Below, piece after piece: positions 57,059-64,000 of a stretch of 64,000 nucleotides of DNA (position 1 is the stretch's first letter; the number at the start of each line of letters is the position of its first letter). The stretch is from IMG/VR virus record IMGVR_UViG_3300020048_000114, positions 6,437-70,436 of that record; one strand, 5' to 3'. The DNA comes from a virus (lineage: Duplodnaviria > Caudoviricetes). The notes under the pieces were generated by a model. It made no database searches. It saw nothing but the letters and a program-made list of their open reading frames with translations, and was not told the origin of the DNA. Both the position numbers and the translations under genes were made by a program.

Positions 57059-58789
57059 ATGGAAAAAATAGAATTTAAAGGAAAAAAATATAATACAAAA
57101 TATTATTCAATAAGGAATTGTGTGTTATGTGATAAACAATTCATTGGATTGGTTTCAAGAAATCCGAGGTTTTGTGGAAACGCTTGTAGCACAAAATCAA
57201 CAGCAAACTCAAAAGATAGAATTGATAAAATCAAATCAACTAAGCTAGAACGATATGGTTCCGAGACATATGTGAATCCAGAAAAAGCAAAACTAACATG
57301 TTTTGAAAAATATGGAGTTGATAACGTTTCAAAGTCTCAAATTGTGATTGATAAGATAAAAGAGACCAATCGAGAAAAATTTGGATCAGATTGGTTTTTT
57401 GCGTCGGAGGTTGGGAAGGAAAAAATAAAAGAATCGAACATGGAGAAATATGGTGTCGAAAATCCCTCTTCAATCAACGAAGTGAAGGAAAAAAGAAAAA
57501 ATACAATTATTAACAAATATGGAAGAGAAAACTTTTTTTCGAATGTTGAGGGGAAAGATTTGGTTAAAAATTCCTTAATGGAAAAATACGGAATAGAGCA
57601 CCCGTCGGAATCTCAAGAATTTCTATCCAAAAGAAGTAAAAATAATATACATAATAATTTCGATAAAATTGTTTTTAAACAGAATATAATTGAAGTGTGT
57701 GAACCCATGTTTTCAATTGAAGAGTATAAAACAACAGATAGAAAAAATCTATATAAATTTAAATGTAAGAAATGTGAGAGTGTTTTTGAAGACTCCATAA
57801 ACGGCGGAAAAACACCAAGATGTTCTACATGTTTTCCCAAAATTACAGGATCATCAATTGCTGAAAAGGAAATATTGGAATTTATAAAATCATTATTACC
57901 GACCGATGACATCCATCACAACGTCAGACCATTTGAAAACAAAGGTCTCGACATCTATATACCAAACAAAAAAATCGCAATTGAATATAATGGACTGTAT
58001 TGGCACAGTGAAAATCATGGAAATCGTGGAAAAAATTATCACATAGACAAATCCAATACATGTTTGAAAAATGGAGTTAGATTAATTCAAATATTTGAGG
58101 ACGAGTGGATCAACAAACAAGAAATCGTAAAATCAAAAATAAAATCCATACTGGGCGTTAGATCGATTGAAAAATCCATATATGCAAGAAAAGTTAATAT
58201 TCAAAGAATATCTAGCAGTATGTCGAGTCCATTTCTTGATAAATACCACATACAAGGAAAATGCAATTCTCCAATTAGATATGGGGCTTTTTTTGGGGGG
58301 GAGTTGGTTGGAGTTATGACGATTGGAAAACTTAGAATATCCATGGGACATAGAAAAAATCTGGACGGTGAATTTGAATTAATTAGGTTTGCAACATCCA
58401 AAAGTGTAACGGGGCTTGCGTCAAAAATGTTATCCGTTTTTATAAAAGAATTCTCCCCCACAGCTATAACATCATATTCAGATAATCGATGGTCCAGTAG
58501 AGAAAACGCTATGTATGCAAAAATAGGATTTGAAAAAATTTCAGAAACTCCGCCTAACTATTTTTACATACAACATGGATATCCGAAAAGATACCATCGT
58601 TTTGGATTTGCAAAACACACATTAAAAAATAAGTTAAAAACTTTTGATTCTGATATAAGCGAGTGGGAGAACATGAAAAGTAATGGATATGATAGAATAT
58701 GGGATTGTGGGACAACTAAATGGGTGTGGAAAAAATACAGAATCTTCAACAAATACGATAAACTCAAATCCATTGGAATTGAAAGCTAG
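57059..58789 (+). mobile_element. Hef-like endonuclease gene, copy 6
   Basis: CVLC...FCGNAC, KYGV repeats, IAIEYNGLYWHSE, LIQIFEDEW, YSDNRWS, GYDRIWDCG. Confidence 0.8.
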
Positions 58790-59189
58790 ATCGGATAGAA
58801 TGCGTGCGGATAGATTGAGTGGGAAAATACCAAATTTATCGGGAGAAAATCACTCCCAATGGAAAGGCGGAATATCTCCTATCAATAACATGGCCCGAGC
58901 AGACCGCCGATTATATACAGAATGGAAATATCCAATTCTTAAAAGAGATAATTTTCAATGTGTAAAATGTAAATCAACCGATGAATTACAAGTCCACCAT
59001 AATGTTGAGACAATGAGTGAAATTGTTAGAAAAATAGTTCCTTCTGATTTGTCGGAAGATATTACATTTGAAGAAAAATCAAATTGGTCGGATAAAATCG
59101 TATCATATCACATTGATAATAATGTTTCTGGAGAAACACTTTGTATTAAATGTCACTATGAATTACATCCATCTTTGAATTTTAAATGA
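58740..59189 (+). CDS. HNH endonuclease, possibly 5'-truncated (first clean ATG at 58800)
   Basis: GENHSQWKGG, ILKRDNFQCVKC...LQVHH...GETLCIKCH..H. Confidence 0.75.
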   Translation, partial: ESSTNTINSNPLELKARSDRMRADRLSGKIPNLSGENHSQWKGGISPINNMARADRRLYTEWKYPILKRDNFQCVKCKSTDELQVHHNVETMSEIVRKIVPSDLSEDITFEEKSNWSDKIVSYHIDNNVSGETLCIKCHYELHPSLNFK

Positions 59190-59674
59190 GATATAGTCAA
59201 AAAATAGTTTTTATAATAAAGTTATTCAGAAACTTTGGTTTTCCAAAAATAAAAATGAATCGAGAAAAATATATTGCGTCTTATTGTGATGGAACAATAT
59301 CATTATCAAATAAAATATTTGATATGGGTGTCCATGAGATACTTTCTGTTCTATTACATGAATATATCCACTTTATACAGGACCTTGAAGGAAGACTTAA
59401 AAATTGTGAAGAGTATAACAATTTAGCAAAAGATATTCCAGAATTTCAAAAAACTATTACGGGTCAACAATTTATATTTGCAAAATTTGTAAACAAATTT
59501 CAAATAGAAAAGGAAGCTGTATTCATCCAATTAAAAGTTTTTGATTCTTTTAAATCCGATTTTTTTGATAAAAACATTTTCATAGAAAATCATGTCAAAG
59601 ATGAATTTTATAAATTTGATGTGAATTGTTGGTTGGAAAATAGATCGATGAAACTATCTTGTGATTTTAAGTAA
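59186..59674 (+). CDS. HExxH metallopeptidase-like protein
   Basis: VLLHEYIHFIQ with a downstream E..A. Confidence 0.6.
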   Translation: MRYSQKIVFIIKLFRNFGFPKIKMNREKYIASYCDGTISLSNKIFDMGVHEILSVLLHEYIHFIQDLEGRLKNCEEYNNLAKDIPEFQKTITGQQFIFAKFVNKFQIEKEAVFIQLKVFDSFKSDFFDKNIFIENHVKDEFYKFDVNCWLENRSMKLSCDFK

Positions 59675-59704
59675 TAATTGTGTAGGTGTCTATATTTATA
59701 AATA

Positions 59705-60508
59705 ATGAATAAATCGGAACTGAAAAATATCATCAAGGAATGTGTTAGAGAAATATTGTCCGAGGGCGTTGTCTCCGAATTTTCCAATGATAGAAAAAGA
59801 TCGTATCCGGCTTCCGAGTCGAGAGTCTTTGATATTATAGCCAACACCGTTGAGAAAAACGGAAAACAAGTTCAACACCCTGATCCATCGAAACTCGACA
59901 CCGTTGGATATGTTTTCAAGAATTTGATGCTCTTGGTCAAAAAAGATGGATCATCGAAAACAATACAAGTTGATAACCTTTTTGCAACAAAAGATGTAAA
60001 TGGACAAGTCAACTATGTCTCAGGAACACAGGCCGATTTGAAGAAGATTGCTAAAGACAACATTCAAGATTTAAAAGAAATCAATGGGACTCCTGAGTAT
60101 TCACATGAGAACTATGGAATGTTAGAAGCAGAAGGCGTCAATTCGGAACTGATTCGATACACAGTATCATACAAATTGTATAAAAATGGTGCTGCTATCC
60201 GTAATAGAAAAAATGTGGAGGTGTATGGACCGGATTTTGGAACGGCTGAATCGGATAAAAAGAAATTCTTGGAGGATAAAGTTTATTCGTATGAAATTGC
60301 ATCGGTTGAGTCTATGAAGGGAAAAAACAAAGAAATAGTCCCAATTTCAGGAATAAAACCGACCGATGAAGGAGAATTAAAAATTGTTGGATTGGTTGTG
60401 ACATCCGAACAACAAACTCCACAACCAGCAGATAAATCCCCTGCATTTGATGCACAAACCATCAAGAAACTTTCCGAACCAATTGATCCTGGATCAAGAG
60501 TTGATTAA
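59705..60508 (+). CDS. Hypothetical protein (MNKSELKNIIKECVREILSE leader; internal MLE|AE junction)
   Basis: TATTTATA 4 nt upstream. Confidence 0.65.
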   Translation: MNKSELKNIIKECVREILSEGVVSEFSNDRKRSYPASESRVFDIIANTVEKNGKQVQHPDPSKLDTVGYVFKNLMLLVKKDGSSKTIQVDNLFATKDVNGQVNYVSGTQADLKKIAKDNIQDLKEINGTPEYSHENYGMLEAEGVNSELIRYTVSYKLYKNGAAIRNRKNVEVYGPDFGTAESDKKKFLEDKVYSYEIASVESMKGKNKEIVPISGIKPTDEGELKIVGLVVTSEQQTPQPADKSPAFDAQTIKKLSEPIDPGSRVD

Positions 60509-60509
60509 C

Positions 60510-60914
60510 ATGTCATTTTTAAAACATTTAATATCTGAGTGTATTGATGAGGTTCTTACAGAAGAACAATTGGATAAGAACATGCAGACCGAGGCCGATG
60601 TCACTTTCTACGATCCAAAAACATTTAAACCAATTAAATTCAAATACAACTTTCTCTCGGCTAGAGATAAAGACATAAACAAGGTGGTTGATATCATCAA
60701 GAAGAAATACCCATATATAAAAGATGTTGATCTTGGGTTGAATGATGAATTGGAATTGATGAGACAGTTCAAACAAAATGGAACTTTGACAAATTTGAAC
60801 AACAAGTTGTATTTGTATGTGGATATGAGAGATGGTGATATTGTTTTAAAAGCCACCAAAAACAAGAATCTTGCTTCACGTAGAAATTTACCATTAAAAA
60901 ACGCAGGTAAATAA
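60510..60914 (+). CDS. Hypothetical protein (MSFLKHLISECIDEVLTE leader)
   Basis: ATG 60510 lies 1 nt after the upstream stop. Confidence 0.6.
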   Translation: MSFLKHLISECIDEVLTEEQLDKNMQTEADVTFYDPKTFKPIKFKYNFLSARDKDINKVVDIIKKKYPYIKDVDLGLNDELELMRQFKQNGTLTNLNNKLYLYVDMRDGDIVLKATKNKNLASRRNLPLKNAGK

Positions 60915-60940
60915 TATTTTCGTCATATATATATAGATAT

Positions 60941-61768
60941 ATGAGCAACGAACCAACGATTTCAATTACAAGACCAACTTCCCAATCGGAGACTCCAAAA
61001 ACTTCAAAGCCTGGATTGAAGACGCACACAGTCGAACTTCCTTCAAAAGGATTTTTCTACAATCAATCGAATCCGCTTTCAAGTGGAAAAGTCGAAATTT
61101 ACGAAGTGACTGTAAAACATGAAGATATTCTGAGCAATCAGAATCTACTGAAAAAAGGAACAGTTCTCGATGAATTTTTAAAAAGCCTGATTGCTACCGA
61201 GGGCGTCTCATTGGATGATATTACGATTGGTGACAAGAATGCATTATTCGTTGCATCACGAATTCTTGCATATGGAGAAGATTACTCAATTAAGGTCAAA
61301 TGCCCTGAGTGTGGGTTCGAGAACACCGTTTCCGTTGACTTGTCGAAAATTAAGCCAATCGAATATGATTTCTCAAAAATCGTAAAGGGGGAGAATAAGT
61401 TCAATTTCGTTCTTCCTGTTAGTGGGAAAAGGGTGACCTGGAAATTGCTTACCCATAAGGACGAAACGAGTATCGACTCTGAGATAAAGGCGTTGAATAG
61501 GTCACTTGACTCATCTTCTCCCGAAATCACCACTCGTTTGAAGTATCTTATCACATCCATAGATGGAGATTTTGACAGATTGAAGATAAAGAGATTTGTC
61601 GATAACGAATTGACTTCACGGGACAGTTTGGCCCTCAGACGTTCGGTTAAAGAATTTACTCCTGATTTAGATATGACATTTGATTTTGCCTGTGGTAAGT
61701 GTGGTCACACCGAAAAGTCAAATATTCCTATGAATACCAACTTCTTCTGGCCAAGTGTGTCTGAATGA
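60941..61768 (+). CDS. Baseplate hub assembly/tail chaperone-like protein (T4 gp26-like), paralogue A
   Basis: VELPSKGFFY, EDILSNQNL, ARILAYG..Y, CPECG, CGKCG, NFFWP. Confidence 0.8.
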   Translation: MSNEPTISITRPTSQSETPKTSKPGLKTHTVELPSKGFFYNQSNPLSSGKVEIYEVTVKHEDILSNQNLLKKGTVLDEFLKSLIATEGVSLDDITIGDKNALFVASRILAYGEDYSIKVKCPECGFENTVSVDLSKIKPIEYDFSKIVKGENKFNFVLPVSGKRVTWKLLTHKDETSIDSEIKALNRSLDSSSPEITTRLKYLITSIDGDFDRLKIKRFVDNELTSRDSLALRRSVKEFTPDLDMTFDFACGKCGHTEKSNIPMNTNFFWPSVSE

Positions 61769-62688
61769 ACTGGAAGGAATCCGAGATAATAGATATTGCT
61801 TCCGAGGGGTTCTTCTATGAGAAGAGTCACCCCTTCTCGAAGGGGTATATAAAACTATATCCCATCACAGCTCGATGTGAAGACATTCTGTGTAACGGTT
61901 CTCTTATAAAACGAGGTCTTGTGTTGCAAACTTTGATGGACCATGTTTTGGATGTCAGTGTTTCAATTGATCATATTTTACAATGTGATTTGGATACTAT
62001 ACTTCTCAATTTAAAGATATTGAGTTATGGAAGGGACTCTAAATATAAGGTGAAATGTAACCACTGCGAATCCGTTAACGAACAAGTTGTATCATATGGA
62101 TTTAGGAGCAAAAAATTTGATTTTTCAAATTGTATAAGAGGTATAAATGAACTACAATATACATTTCCCAAATGTGGAAAAACTGTTAAATATAGACTCC
62201 CAACAAACACCGAAAATAAGATCTATTTGCGTGATGGTTGGTTGACTTTTATAAAAAATCAAACAATATCAATTGGCGGGATAGAAGATATCCATAATTT
62301 CTACGATTATGAGTTACCAATTGCCGACAATAAATCATTTAAGAAACACTATGAGGATTCCACTCCCGGGTTTAACACACTGGTCAATTTAACATGCCCA
62401 TCCTGCAGGGAAATAATGACAACAAAAATATGTATAGACGAGGGAATATTTGGTGTGACACCGGAAACAAAAAAATTAACACACGGAGAGATATTTGATC
62501 TGTGTTATCATTCAAATGGTTCTTTTACACATGACGTTTTGTATGATATGCCGGTGAATAACAGACAGTTTTACGTCAATAGATTGGTTGAGCTCAAGAC
62601 GAAGGAGAAGAGTGTAAATGATGCTGCTGTAAAGGGCGACAAATCGCCAACGGTTCAAGTCCCCAATAGGCCAAAGATCAAGAAGTAA
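61765..62688 (+). CDS. gp26-like paralogue B with an extra C-terminal domain
   Basis: IDIASEGFFY, EDILCNGSL, LKILSYG, CNHC, CPSC; extension EIFDLCYHSNGSFTHDVLYDMPV..RQFYV. Confidence 0.7.
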   Translation: MNWKESEIIDIASEGFFYEKSHPFSKGYIKLYPITARCEDILCNGSLIKRGLVLQTLMDHVLDVSVSIDHILQCDLDTILLNLKILSYGRDSKYKVKCNHCESVNEQVVSYGFRSKKFDFSNCIRGINELQYTFPKCGKTVKYRLPTNTENKIYLRDGWLTFIKNQTISIGGIEDIHNFYDYELPIADNKSFKKHYEDSTPGFNTLVNLTCPSCREIMTTKICIDEGIFGVTPETKKLTHGEIFDLCYHSNGSFTHDVLYDMPVNNRQFYVNRLVELKTKEKSVNDAAVKGDKSPTVQVPNRPKIKK

Positions 62689-63069
62689 TTACTTTTTGTT
62701 AATCTTCGACCTAATGTTAAGAAACATCCGAACCCCCTCGATTATTACAACCCCTTTGATGACATCCATTAGATTTGGAACGAATTTCTCCATAATCTTT
62801 TCGAATGGAGATTGTTTCATCTTCAAATAATCCATTGTAACGTCGAAATATCTATCTCGGATTTGTTTGTTTTTTTGATATATGCCGGACAATTCGGATA
62901 TTTCCGATCCTGTTAGTTCCAATCGTTTTGCTTTTTCTTCCAACTCAAGTTCACGTTGTCTCTCAGGATAAGTGCCATTAACAACCGAATCATAGTCGTC
63001 TAAGACCTTTTTCATGTCTCTATAAGCAACCTTCTGTTCTTTGGTTTTTATCTTAATTGGATATTTCAT
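62689..63069 (-). CDS. Hypothetical protein (inverted insertion in the tail operon)
   Basis: ATG 63069 avoids overlap with the tape-measure gene. Confidence 0.55.
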   Translation of the reverse strand: MKYPIKIKTKEQKVAYRDMKKVLDDYDSVVNGTYPERQRELELEEKAKRLELTGSEISELSGIYQKNKQIRDRYFDVTMDYLKMKQSPFEKIMEKFVPNLMDVIKGVVIIEGVRMFLNIRSKINKK

Positions 63070-63146
63070 GATATTAAACTTAAACTCATATGAACACATG
63101 TCAAGCTTTTTATAGAAAAACACAAAGAAATTGATATTTATTTGAA

Positions 63147-64000
63147 ATGTCGAAACAAACAAATCTAACCAAAGAAGAGGCTGAAGGTCTGGAAGTTCTT
63201 AGACAGTTACGTTCAGACCATCGTGAGGAAGAGACGAAGTTATTTGATATAGGAAAGAAAATACTAAATCAGATGCACTTGCGAATAAGCGCGTCCAATG
63301 AAGAAGTCGATAAGCAAAAAATTATTGTGGCCAAGGCGCAGAAGGTTTTAATAAGCAAAAAAATGTCGGACAAAAAAATGTCGGCCGACCTCACAAGGGC
63401 TGAACTGACCGATTTGAAATTTCTAAATGATCAAGTTTTAAAGGGGCTTAATTCAGAGGTAAAAGAGTCTGAAAGGTTGAAGAAGTTGGAAGACAAAAAA
63501 CGTGATGCTTTAATAATGTCTCTTGGTTTAATTAGTAAAACAAAAGACAAAGTTGGTCTAAAAGAGACATCGGATTTAATAAAGAAGAGCGCTCTTGAAT
63601 CGAAGTCCATTGACAAACAGATAAAGGAAAGAAAGAAGATCGCAGATCAGTTTGACACGCAATCAAAAAAACAAGAAGATAGTATATCAAAGAAGTTGAA
63701 ATCCTTGGATAAAGTTATTTCGGCTGCACAATCAGAGTTTGACGTTGAAAATTCGATATTGAATAGTCATTTACAAGAGAATGAAGCTTTAAACGATGAA
63801 CTAAAAAACCGAAAAAATATAAACGAGGCGCTCGATGAATTCTCTGGCTTAACAGACAAACTCAATAAAGTATCCTCTGCGTTGTCAAACCCTTGGACGA
63901 TGATTGCAGTTTCGTTAAAAGCAATCGTCGGTCGTTTTTTTGAATTGGATAACGCAGCGGGAGAATTTAGAAAAGAGACTGGATTAACAATAAGTCAGAT
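63147..64000 (+). CDS. Probable tape-measure protein, 3'-partial; not in the ORF track
   Basis: Frame is open from ATG 63147 to the window end. Coiled-coil, then ALSNPWTMIAVSLKAIV; follows the chaperone-like genes; TATTTATT upstream. Confidence 0.7.
   Translation, partial: MSKQTNLTKEEAEGLEVLRQLRSDHREEETKLFDIGKKILNQMHLRISASNEEVDKQKIIVAKAQKVLISKKMSDKKMSADLTRAELTDLKFLNDQVLKGLNSEVKESERLKKLEDKKRDALIMSLGLISKTKDKVGLKETSDLIKKSALESKSIDKQIKERKKIADQFDTQSKKQEDSISKKLKSLDKVISAAQSEFDVENSILNSHLQENEALNDELKNRKNINEALDEFSGLTDKLNKVSSALSNPWTMIAVSLKAIVGRFFELDNAAGEFRKETGLTISQ

Noticed and set aside
1-64000. Stop-codon reassignment, as in some large phages
   Set aside because: Core genes are full length in the standard code and end in TAA, TGA or TAG; coding density is high.
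1-64000. tRNA, rRNA, CRISPR or other guide-RNA arrays
   Set aside because: Intergenic gaps are short and no cloverleaf or repeat-spacer pattern was seen by eye. A covariance-model scan would be needed to exclude them fully.

Overview
Densely coding, AT-rich 64 kb segment of a large T4-like (myovirus-type) phage genome, read in the standard genetic code. It contains most of the virion morphogenesis genes: tail sheath, tail tube, neck and tail-completion proteins, major capsid, scaffold, prohead protease, portal, terminase, two baseplate-hub/chaperone paralogues and the start of a probable tape-measure gene. Accessory genes include PhoH, a UV endonuclease, an HD protein, a CCA-adding enzyme, a helicase, an AAA ATPase and a lysozyme. 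A phage-borne PEP-CTERM surface protein hints at a Verrucomicrobia-like host (inference). The segment carries about 13 nuclease or intein elements. Main points: (1) the terminase large subunit is split into two genes rejoined by an atypically split intein (33-aa IntN, 113-aa IntC), with a free-standing endonuclease between them; (2) six paralogous Hef-like genes (Vsr-type nuclease plus a Mom/GNAT-like C-terminal domain, about 10 kb in total) sit next to core virion genes, and two are stacked in tandem with a duplicated major-capsid 3' end and terminator, which marks an insertion event; (3) the portal and helicase carry cis inteins; (4) many accessory ORFs start with T4-internal-protein-like leaders ending in Glu, suggesting a large packaged and injected cargo; (5) a recurrent TATTTATA motif lies 3-19 nt upstream of start codons. 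No tRNA, rRNA or CRISPR array was seen by eye. All product calls come from motif recognition only; no database searches were run.
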